In this document: one piece after another, positions 49,380 through 59,522 of the stretch
How the letters are laid out: every line of letters begins with the position of its first letter
Position numbering within the stretch: the stretch's first letter is position 1
The notes under the pieces: generated by a model
The model's input: the letters and a program-made list of their open reading frames with translations, nothing else
What the model was told of the DNA's origin: nothing
The model's database searches: none
Made by a program: the position numbers and the translations under genes
Origin: Coniocarpon cinnabarinum
Taxonomy: Eukaryota
NCBI GenBank assembly: GCA_051942205.1
Contig: JAVECO010000002.1
Coordinates: 248,001 to 312,000, forward strand
Reading direction: 5' to 3'
Length of the DNA: 64,000 nt

Positions 49380-50700
49380 ATGGCTTCCTCCGACTTCAGC
49401 GTCGTCCCTGCATCGGCGTCGCTACGCATCAACACCTTCTCAGCCTCCGTGCCAGACTCCGACCTCACAGACTTCAAGCAGCTCCTGCGCCTCTCCAAGA
49501 TCGGTCCCAAGACCTACGAGAACCAGCAACGTGATCGCCGTTTTGGCATAATGCGCGACTGGCTCGAAGAAGCCAAGCAGCACTGGGAGCACGCTTACGA
49601 CTGGCGCAAGGCGGAAGCGCGCATCAACTCCTTTCCGAATTTCACGACGCCAATCAATGACGACGACGGCGAAAACTACAACATCCACTTCGCGGCGCTG
49701 TTCTCGCACAAGGCGGATGCTGTACCGCTCGTATTTTTGCATGGCTGGCCAGGCAATTTCCTGGAGTTTCTACCGATTTTAGACATCTTGAGAAAGCGGT
49801 ACAAGCCGCAGGATCTACCCTTCCACGTGATCGTGCCGTCTTTACCTGGGTATGCGTATTCGACGGGACCGCGCCTCAGTAAAGACTTTGGGGTCGAAGA
49901 TGCAGCGAGGATAGTGAACAAGTTGATGGTCGGACTTGGATTTGGTGGCGGGTATGTGGCGCAAGGTGGTGATATTGGTAGTCTTGTTGCCAGGGTGTTG
50001 GCTGTAGAGTACGGAGCTTGCAAAGCAGTGCATTGTAAGTAAGCCAGACGCAAGGGCGAACGCTCAGTAGACGACTGACGGAGTATAGTCAACTTCATGA
50101 TGATGCCTCGGCCTGGCGACGTGCCAGACGAGGTCGTGACACCAGCTGAGAAGAAGGGACTGCAACGAGCAGCGGAGTTTGCATCCACAGGAAACGCATA
50201 TGCCAAAGAGCAAGGAACGCGGCCTGCGACTATTGGACTCGCGCTCAGTGCCAGTCCACTGGCATTGCTTGCATGGATTGGTGAGAAGTATCAGCAATGG
50301 ACGGATAAGGACCCGTCATTGGACACGATCCTTGACTCGGTTACGCTTTACTGGTTTACGCAATCGTACCCCCGTTGCATATACACATACCGGCAGTCAT
50401 CTATGCAAGGTCGAACTTTCCATGGAGACCCAAAGTTGAGGGTGAAGAAACCTGGTGGGTTTTCATGGTTCCCCCTTGAAATAGCTCCTACGCCGAAGGC
50501 TTGGGTTGAGGGCACGATGGATCTGAAATTCTGGAGGGCGCATGATAGCGTAAGTGAAGCTCTTGACCTGGCTTGAGTGGTTCGATAGCTGATCCATTAC
50601 GCAGGGCGGCCATTTTGCCGCGTTGGAGAAGCCAGAGGTGCTCTTGCAGGACGTTGAAGACTTCATCAGTCAAGTCTGGACGAAAGCAAGTCGACTATAA
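49380..50700 (+). CDS. Microsomal-type epoxide hydrolase (alpha/beta hydrolase, EHN domain)
   Basis: YDWRKAEARIN.FP.F, IHF.ALFS, HGWPG, PSLPGY, QGGDIG nucleophile, WIGEK and GGHFAALEKP. Introns 50035..50088 and 50550..50604. Confidence 0.96.
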
Positions 50701-50756
50701 ATCCCCGGGTTGACAGCCCGCATAGTTCGGTAAAGACGAAAAGTTGTAATATCTCT

Positions 50757-51746
50757 TCAGCCCTGCTCTCGCCAGAAATCATCAAGTATGCTTTGCCGGA
50801 CTTCAAAAGCCCAATGATGACAGGTTTGATGGACCACGGGGCTCACGTCGGGAGCATCCTCGTCTTCTTCGCCATGGTCCATCACGTCGTGAATACCAAG
50901 CTGTTTGTATTTCTTCAGAAGGGCTCTCCTCCAACGGCCTCGTGGGCCAGCGCACTTTGCCCATCTCGAGACCTGTCTTTCGTCGTCCTCGCACCTTCTG
51001 CCCATATAAAATCGGCAATACCATTGAAACCAACCCCGGACGTCATGTTGATGATCGATCCATCCATTTTGCTCCCACTGCTCGATGGACTGCCCACAGC
51101 TCACCTTGTATTTGTTCACTTCAGGATCATATGCTGGATTTGTGAGAAATGTCTCAACGTTCAGTCCGGCAATCCATTCCTGGGGCAGCTCTCGCCAATC
51201 ATGTTCGATGGTGGTGCGAAGTTTTGACGAGTATAGCGATCGAAAGTACGAACCCCCAAAAGCGCCCTCGCGAAGCATCTCTGCTGGAGATTTGTTTGGC
51301 GTGAAAACAGGATGAGATTCGAAATGAAACATGCCAGTGAGTTCGTCGCGGGCTGGAGGTCCAGCAGCCGATTCCCATTCCGACCAGCCCGCGCGTATAT
51401 CCTCAATGTCTTTGACAGGTGTTGCAGCAGGTTTCACCTCTTCGTCGCCACTTTCTTGCTTGTCGAGAAGCGCCCGTTTGGCAGGAGACGCGTGTTTTTT
51501 GGCAGCTTTTTGCAATCGGTCCGGCTGTTCATCGTCGACATAAGATGGCTGAGCAGGGCCGGCTGCGATACGAGCTGAAGCCCTTGTCGGCTGCGTATTC
51601 AAGTCGAGTTTCCGCCTTTTTGTTGAAGGAGGCTTAGGGGCATTGATGGAGCTGGAAGACGACTTGGCAAGCTTGATGCCCAGGTCGCGTGCGAGGGCAT
51701 CGTTGTTCGCGATCTTCCGCTGCCGCGCGACTTCGTAGGCATTCAT
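50757..51746 (-). CDS. Conserved uncharacterised protein (GAFGG.YFR / GWFQWYCRF family)
   Basis: FTPNKSP.EM...GAFGGSYFR, NKYKV.CGQS...W...GWI...D.RGWFQWYCRF.MGRR..DD.RQ..RW and Q...HW form a family I recall as broadly distributed and functionally unknown. Confidence 0.88.
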   Translation of the reverse strand: MNAYEVARQRKIANNDALARDLGIKLAKSSSSSINAPKPPSTKRRKLDLNTQPTRASARIAAGPAQPSYVDDEQPDRLQKAAKKHASPAKRALLDKQESGDEEVKPAATPVKDIEDIRAGWSEWESAAGPPARDELTGMFHFESHPVFTPNKSPAEMLREGAFGGSYFRSLYSSKLRTTIEHDWRELPQEWIAGLNVETFLTNPAYDPEVNKYKVSCGQSIEQWEQNGWIDHQHDVRGWFQWYCRFYMGRRCEDDERQVSRWAKCAGPRGRWRRALLKKYKQLGIHDVMDHGEEDEDAPDVSPVVHQTCHHWAFEVRQSILDDFWREQG

Positions 51747-51820
51747 CGCGCGATGTGGTATTAACCAGATGGAGTAGACTCGTAGATGTATTCTCGTAGG
51801 AGCACAACAAGCTCCGCAGC

Positions 51821-51841
51821 ACGCGTCATGATGTCACGCGT
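51821..51841. promoter_or_regulatory. Paired MluI cell-cycle boxes (ACGCGT-N9-ACGCGT)
   Basis: ACGCGT at 51821..51826 and 51836..51841, 75-95 bp upstream of the ATG at 51746. Confidence 0.45.
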
Positions 51842-52056
51842 ATTCGCGGCGTGGAAGGCTCTCCTACATTAGTTGAATCTCAAGCCCGCAGAGCCCCACT
51901 GAAACGCCTGCTGGTACGCTAGTTGGCGCTAGCGCTAGCGGGGTCTAGCGGCGCTAAAAAGGTCCCACACTTAGCAGCAGCAAGAGCGCAGGTACAACTC
52001 GTATCTTGTTCAACAGCATTTGCTCTACTCTCGCTTCGTCTACACAAGTGCAAAGC

Positions 52057-52096
52057 CTGCTCGGCGCTGCTCGGCGCTGCTCGACGCTGCTCGACG
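52057..52096 (+). repeat. 10-bp tandem repeat (CTGCTCGRCG)x4
   Basis: ctgctcggcg ctgctcggcg ctgctcgacg ctgctcgacg, read directly from the sequence. Confidence 0.85.
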
Positions 52097-52508
52097 GACA
52101 CACGTACCCTCAGATCCCTACTCACGGTCAGGTATCCCAACTGGCATCTCGCTACTCTTGCCCAAGACTCCTTCACCGGCCGCCGAGCTTCCAAGGTGGG
52201 GTGCTCACCCATTGCTCGCTGCACACTCTTGTAAGGCAGCAGCTCCAACGCATTCGCTTCTCGCGCACCACTTCCAAGGTTCGCACGTCTGCCCGCTGTC
52301 CGCCTGCATAGACGGCGTCTCAGCTCCTCTCAGCCACCGTCGTTGCCCCTTTGGCTCTGTCGCTTTCGTCTCAATCGTGTGTGCTGCCTGGGTCTAAGCA
52401 CCGATCACCTGAGGCATAAGCCCCGCGGAAAGGCTTGTGGCCACTTCGGTCAAAGTCCTTGCTGCTGCTTCGCTCTGTGTCGGATCCTTTGCAACACATT
52501 CGTCAAGA

Positions 52509-55317
52509 ATGGTGACGACACGTGGTAGCACCAAGTCCGCTGCTCTGCCACAGCCACCTAGTCCCAGCGAGACGCCGTCGACTGTTAACCCCAAATCGCT
52601 GTTCACCAAACCCAAGCAGAAGGATGCGTCGGATTCTCGGAAATCTGAGCTGCTTCAAACCCAACAGCCGGAAGAAGTCATCTCGTCACCAGCTCCTCGA
52701 AAAATCACCGGCAAACGCAAGCGCGCCAGTGGAGCTCGAGAAGACCCCCATGTGAGTGCTCTCAGGTGTGTCATGTTGCTTCTTTATTTGGGTATTAATA
52801 CTTACATGGTTCGGTCGTAGTAGGGACATCGAGCTAAATGAGGATGCTGACGCTGAGCCCTTGTCCGAAGACGTCGACCGTCCAACGTTCCATGCGGAAG
52901 CCATTAAGGATTTCCTAGCGCACCTCAAGAAGCACGCCAAGTGCCAAAAATGCGGGGCCGACCTGGAAAGAAGTCTGGAGCTACGAGCACATGTGGAATC
53001 TCGTTGTCCTCCACCCATAGATGGCACAAGAGATGCCTACAATGAACAGGTCTCTGGCCCTGCCATGTTGTCCAGCTCGCACTGTCCATCTAACTTTTGC
53101 CATGCAATGACTTGTCTCGGCTGTGGACTCAACATCGGCTTGAACTCGGCTTCGCAGCCGCATAATCACTGCCTCTATGGCTGCCCAGGAGGATGGTATG
53201 TTTCACTCTGGTTGCAACTGGCTTACGCAGGGGCTATGAGAGCTCCGCCTACAGACGCTGAATTTGTCGATGCTCGCAGCAGGAGGTCCAGCGCGAAATC
53301 AAATGCCTCCAAAGCAAGCAGACATTCCAATCGACCACCTGTTCCTGCTGGAACTGGTTACGCGTCTGGGAATCCCAGCTTGTCAGAGGTCGATGAGGGG
53401 AAAACACGGACCCAAGCTGCACTGGAAGAGAAACGTGCTGACATGCGTGATACCATGATCTTCACCGTCATTGCTGACCTCCTTGCAAACAAACCAAGCA
53501 TCGATGCTCAAGATGAAGAAATCCAGCCTCCAACTAGGAGATCCAAATACTCACAGAAACCACGACTTTATGGGGACAGCTTAAAACCACCTTACGAAGA
53601 TTCTGCACTCATCCCCAGCTTATTTCACTGGTCAGGTGTGCTTGAAAGCCTGGCTCGTCTATTTCGTAATGACTCCTTGGAAGAAGCGCATAAGCGCCAA
53701 GATGTCTATGATGCTGCTCTCCGCCTGGTTGACGTCTTGCTAACGTTCGACGGGCGGATCGCAGAGCTCATAACTCGGAAGACATTTAATGCTGTGAAGG
53801 CTCTGGATAGCGTATCAACAACGACTTTTACCATGTTTCCAGTTCTGGTGAAGAGCTTGGATGAGGACAACACGTTGACACCCTCCCGAGTAATTGACTT
53901 CGAAGGGCCCTCTATAGCAGAGTCTATGGACAACATTCTCATGGCATGTGAAACACTCAGCAATGCCGCTGCAAAAATGCCGAGAATCTACAAGGACCGC
54001 AGCAGCCGGGACATGCTCTACTTTGCTAGTCGCTTCCAGAATATTGGAAAACGTGTTGGCAGGGATGTCACTCAACAAGGGATTTCCAACCAGAAATCTA
54101 CGGATAGTCTGCCTCAAGCCAGCTCGAGTCATAATCGTTTCGAGATGATCGATGAAGCAGAAATCACCAACAGATTCATGCGTCACAAAGAGGTTGGCTT
54201 TAAACTGTCCTCGACCAGCTCAAATCAGCGCATGCGAACTTTACACAAGGAAGTTGGCATGCTGCGTACCTCTCTTCCTCCTGGCATTTGGGTCAAGATG
54301 GCGTCAAACCGTCCCGATATCATGAAAGCACTCATTGTTGGTCCAGAAGGAACTCCGTATGAAGCTGGTCTGTTCGAGTTTGACATTTTCTGTCCGAAAG
54401 ACTACCCCCGTACACCCCCAAAGGTCGAGTGCGCCACTGCGGCGCGCGATGAGGCTCGTCCATTCTCGCTCAATCCTAATTTGTACAACACTGGATACGT
54501 GTGTCTTTCAGTCATAAACACGTGGCATGGCGCGAAGCAGGAGCAGTGGCAACCTGGACAGAGCACGCTCTTGCAGGTGTTGATTTCTATTCAATCAATG
54601 GTCCTTGGTACTGCGACTCCAGCCGATAACGAGCCCGGAGGACTCGGGATATCCCACAAAGATTACAACCGAAGTGTGCATCCTGGTACGATTAAGGCGG
54701 CTCTCCTGCCGTGGTTGAATGCAGAGGAGCTGCGAAGAGGCGTCTGGAAATCTGAGATAGAGGATTATTTCAAGGCGAACGCAACTCAGATTCTGGAGAC
54801 TGTACGTCAATGGGGCAGTGACAATAAGCGCATTACCGCATATCAGTCCCACAGCTATGTCCCAGCAATCCCGCCGAACGCGTTCATTCCCGTCCATCTT
54901 GCTGTTCCACCGGTTCCCACGCCTAGCACTGCTGTACCCGCTGTGCATGGCAATATTCCAGCATTACCCCAAATAGGTGCTAACCCACCAGCCAATGCAG
55001 CCGCAAGTGCTACCGCTTCTGAAACTACCACGAATCATCCTTCGCACGCAGGCGCAAATTCCCAATCCTTAGACGTGTTGCTAAGCGATGGCCAACAACA
55101 CGGGCACTGGAGTGAGATGGCGGGTTCGTTCCTCAATGACCAACAAAACATGGAACATCCTGAAGACGTGCCATTGCCACTGCCGCCGCCTCCACCGCAC
55201 ATTTCAGATGCCGAGCTTCAAGCCTTTCAGGCGATTCGGTCAAAGGGCCCGAGTGAGAGACCAAAGCCTATCAATCTTGTTACTGAACTCGAAAAGGCGC
55301 TCAAAGAGTTCCTCTAG
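52509..55317 (+). CDS. Large ubiquitin-conjugating enzyme (BIRC6/UBE2Z-like UBC domain) with Cys-rich N-terminal region
   Basis: ALIVGPEGTPYEAGLFEFDI..P..YP..PP, NPNLYNTGYVCLS (active-site Cys), INTW.G...W.P..STLLQVLISIQSM and NEPG. Cys/His cluster CQKC...CPSNFC...CLGC...HC...C. One 5' intron at about 52766..52820/52823. Confidence 0.92.
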
Positions 55318-56313
55318 CAGGGGGATGCTCGTAAAAGACCCGCTGACTCTGAACATATACTGGAGCAGAAGGATGTACTTGGAAGTACATCTGACTCTGT
55401 GCATGTGCTTGAGCCAGAAGCAGATTCCCAGCACCAAGCAATACCACAGATCATCGGCAGTACGTGGACGGAGGTCATATCTTCTGATGATGTGGATCCA
55501 GTCATCAGCCCATTCGCTGACGAGGATTCGGAGGAGCTAGATACTGGTTGGTCTGACGCGGATCTGGAGATGTACATCCAGGACGCTCTCACAACTCACT
55601 AGAAACTAGTGTACCTAACCTGCGTGGCTACTACACCAATGAGCAATGGCAAAAGGTTCGTGGCAGACGCAAGAGATGGTTTAATGAGTCTCAAGCGAAA
55701 GCAAAATCTAACTGTAGTCGTGCTTATGCGCCGACTTCATTGCGGCATCTGATCTACATACGCAAGTCGCCAACTGCTTCGTTCGATGTGTTCAGGCCAG
55801 CACGCCAGTGCTGTGATTGACATGAGAGCCGAGAATACTTTGGCAGAGTCGTCGTAATGAGTTAACAGTTCTGCTTGACGGTGCAAGTTGATTCAAGGAG
55901 ACGATAAACAAGTCCTACAGCCTCGCACCTCACACACGGTCCCTACATCGCAGAAGTGAAAATCTTCACGACGCTACTCAGGCCATGCCAATGGTATGTT
56001 TCCTTTAGTCTGGATGGAATGGAGGATCTGGCAGAATGATATGGGCACACGAGCATGGACGGACTTGCTGATTGAATCCAAGTAAGTGAGCACACGCATC
56101 CATCTCGTAGAGTCCGGCCTTTAGCATGTTGCCACTTCACTCGATTCTGTGATATAGCCAGACTCGCAGTATGATCCTCGATGTCGTCTTGATTCGATTT
56201 ACTATCTATGCCTTTTCCAAGACACCTGATGCTTCTGCCTCGCCAAATTTTAGTGATCCCCTTCTATCTCCCTGCCCCTCGTGCACACGACTTATGCAAC
56301 TGAACCCCCTGTC

Positions 56314-57083
56314 TTACTTCTCATACACCCAACCCTCCTGCGCGCTCTTCCACTGCACGACCTCCTTGTCCCCAAACCACAGCTCAATCTCCTTTTTCGC
56401 ACTATCAACGGCGTCGCTTCCGTGGCAGATGTTGCGCCCGACTTCAATGGCGTAGTCGCCACGGATGGTACCTGGATTGGAGGCCAGTGGGTTCGTGGCA
56501 CCGAGCATGTTGCGGCCTTGTTTTACGACGTCTTTGCCTTCCCAGACCATGGCGCAGATGGGGCCGCTGCCCATATCTGTGTGTGGTTGTTAGTGGTGTG
56601 ATCTTGAGAAGCGTGTACTGCTCAGGCGCGTGAGGAGCACATAGGAGAGTGTGGGCAAGTGGGGTGACGCACAGGCGACGAGGCCTTTGAAAAAGGGCTT
56701 ATCGGAGAGATCGGCATAGTGCTTTTCGAGGTGTTCTTTGCTTGCGGTCACCAGCTTGAGGGCAATGAGCTTGTATCTGTTTGTGACTGTGGTCAGTTGC
56801 GGTGCTGTGTTTCGCAGTGTGTGTGCGTTGTCCAACGTACCCGCGCTGCTCGAAGCGGGAGATGATAGGGCCGACGAGGCCACGCTGTCAGGCTCGTCAG
56901 TCGGGGCCGTAATAGAATCTTTCGTGAAAGTCAAAGTTGAGATGTGCCTGTATGGGGATCGGTGAAGGTGTACCTGGACGCCGTCTGGCTTGATAGCGAT
57001 GAAGCTGGGGAAACATTAGTCTGCAATCCATTGAATTGGGAAATGCGCAATCGAGGTGCTCCTCACGTTCGTTCAGTGGCCAT
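56314..57083 (-). CDS. NDK1: Nucleoside diphosphate kinase
   Basis: Five exons give [34 protein letters not shown]...HYADL..KPFF...[10 protein letters not shown]...GATNP...[16 protein letters not shown]. Confidence 0.98.
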
Positions 57084-57313
57084 GGCTGCTTGGGACTGGA
57101 AGTATGTGTTGCTGCTGGAATCTCGCGTGTGATTTCTGGTTGAATGTCGAGCTATTCTAGAAGTCTGGAAATTTAGATGTATCGAAAAATAATTTGGTGG
57201 GGCAGCCAGTTTCAAGTGGGATGATCACATCCATGCTGATGCCGCCCCCATGACCTTCACGTCTCATTGGCAACGACTTTGCTTGTTTTCGCCGATGTCA
57301 CAGTAATTCTACT

Positions 57314-59084
57314 ATGCAAGCAGCCAGACGACTTCGTGACATCAAGCGTGTCTGTATAATAGGGGCTGGTCCCGCTGGAATAGCAGCTGCCAAGTAAGAC
57401 CGCCGGTGGTTGTCAAAATGGACGCCACACACATGCTGACGGAGCAAGACACCTGGTCGCGGAACAATGCTTCGACGAAATCGACATCTTCGACCAGAGA
57501 AGCAGCGTTGGCGGTGTTTGGAACTATGAGCCTCAGAATGATGACCTCACGCAATGTCCGGTCCCGCACACCGATCCTGAAGTGCCACTAGAGACTCCGA
57601 GGTGGTATGGCAAGCCTCCACGAGCGACCTACCAGTCGCCTGTGTATGCTCGTCTGGAAGGTAGAGATTCTTCCAACGATGACCTTGTCGTTCTAGAGTG
57701 GCTAGCTGAGTGTTGTAGCAAATCTTCCAAAAATGCTCATGCAGCACTCGGATCTTGATTTTCCCAAAGAGATACAGCTTTTTCCTACGCGGACCGAGAT
57801 CATGGACTATCTCGATCGGTATGCTGAAGATGTATGCACTTGCACTGCAATATCTTGATTGTTCGAGCGTCAATATCCCTTTAGGCGCTGAGCTAGCCAG
57901 GAGCCATTAAGCTTTTACAGCCGCGTAGCTATGCATAGTTAACGCCGACCAGGTCAAGCACCTGATCGTACCGGAGTCTCAGATTCAGCGAGTGGAGAAG
58001 CGAGATGTTGTCGGTGCTAAATGGTCAGTCAGCCTCACCGACCTCAGGAACGGGCATCACCGAGTCCGTGAATACGATGCAGTTGCGGCTGCCTGCGGCC
58101 ATTACACAGAACCTTTCATTCCCAAGTATGAGGGCATAGATCGCTTCAATCGCCGGCATCCGAGTGTCATCTCACATTCCAAGTGGTTTGACCGACCAGA
58201 GAATTACTGTGAAAGGGTACGTTACGGCTCGAGCAGCCCGAACCGCCATGACTGGAAGCTGACGTGAGTTTTAGAAAGTTCTGGTGATCGGAATGGGTCC
58301 ATCTGGGTCAGACATTGCTGCACAGATTGTCGAATACTGCGAGAAGCCTTTGCTCGTATCGACGAGATCAACGCCCTTGAATTTACCGTCGAAAGCATTG
58401 TCGCTGCCTGCGATAGAGTCGTTCATCCCGGAGAAGCGATCAGTTCGTTTCGTCGATGGTCGAGTAGAACGAGAACTAGACACAATCCTTTTCTGTACGG
58501 GCTACCTGTACTGCTACCCCTTTTTGTCACCCGATCTACGACGGAACCTCATTTATCCACCAGCTGAACACAAATCGAAATTCAACCCTGGTGAGCGATG
58601 CCGAAATGTCTTTCAACATCTCTTTTATACTCCGGACCCCACCCTGGCGTTCTTCACGTTACCCTGGAACATCGTGCCGTTCCCTGTTGCTGAAGTTCAA
58701 GCTGCTGTCGTAGCACGAGCATGGGCCGGGCGACTGCAACTACCGAACGAAACGTCAATGAGGCAATGGCAGGACGACACGGAATCGGAGAAGGGAACGG
58801 GAAAAGCCTTTCACAAGCTTGCACCCCCGAGTGATGTAGAATACATCAACTCCCTCTCAAGCTGGGCTGAAGAGGCGATTAGTCTCAACGGTGCACACTC
58901 TCCAGTCAATGGCTCTCCGAGATCTCCATCAACCGAGCTTGGTCGCAAGCCTCCGTACTGGGGCCCTCGACATCGATGGATGCGCGTGAATGTGCCCAAA
59001 TTTAAGAAAGCTTTTGCGGAGAAGGGTGAAGCTCGTCATTGCGTGACCACCCTAGAAGAGCTCGGATTTCATTTTGAGGGTTGA
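57314..59084 (+). CDS. Flavin-containing monooxygenase (Fmo1-like, class B)
   Basis: IIGAGPAG (FAD), GGVWNY, SPVY..LE.NLP, ACGHY..P.IP, HSKWF FMO fingerprint, IGMGPSG (NADPH) and CTGY. Four GT-AG introns keep frame. Confidence 0.93.
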
Positions 59085-59240
59085 GAATCATTTCACTCTG
59101 ATGCTGTATTTTAATTCTGGCGAAAAGCTCGCGTGCGTACACGGAGCCTTGCGCCGACTCCATCCAGACTTGCGATACCCTGCGCAGATTCGCGTCGCGT
59201 CAACAATGGAACCTACCTAGACGCGTCTTCATATTAGAGT

Positions 59241-59250
59241 ATGACGTCAT
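59241..59250. promoter_or_regulatory. ATGACGTCAT palindrome (CYS-3/MetR ATGRYRYCAT consensus; also ATF/CRE)
   Basis: Perfect 10-bp palindrome about 275 bp upstream of the sulfite oxidase ATG. Confidence 0.45.
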
Positions 59251-59522
59251 TTCTACTTGACTGTCCCCTTTTGAGTGGAAGATGAACATCTCCATCACGC
59301 TGGGCTATGTGATGCCCGTACTTCGCTGTGCCATGGCAACATGACTTAGCCACTGATTCCACGAACAAGCATCGTCGCCTTTGAACGTCAGCTGTCCATC
59401 GATTGCATTGCAAATCACAAGGCGCACTGGAGGCTTGAGTGAATCAGACTTTTTTTTTGACCCGGTTACTTGAGAGCAACTAGACTTGCGATCGATTCAT
59501 ACTTAATTACACCTAACTTCTA

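Noticed and set aside
52057..52096. Repeat array considered as CRISPR-like
   Set aside because: Direct 10-bp tandem units without spacers, in a eukaryotic genome with no cas genes.
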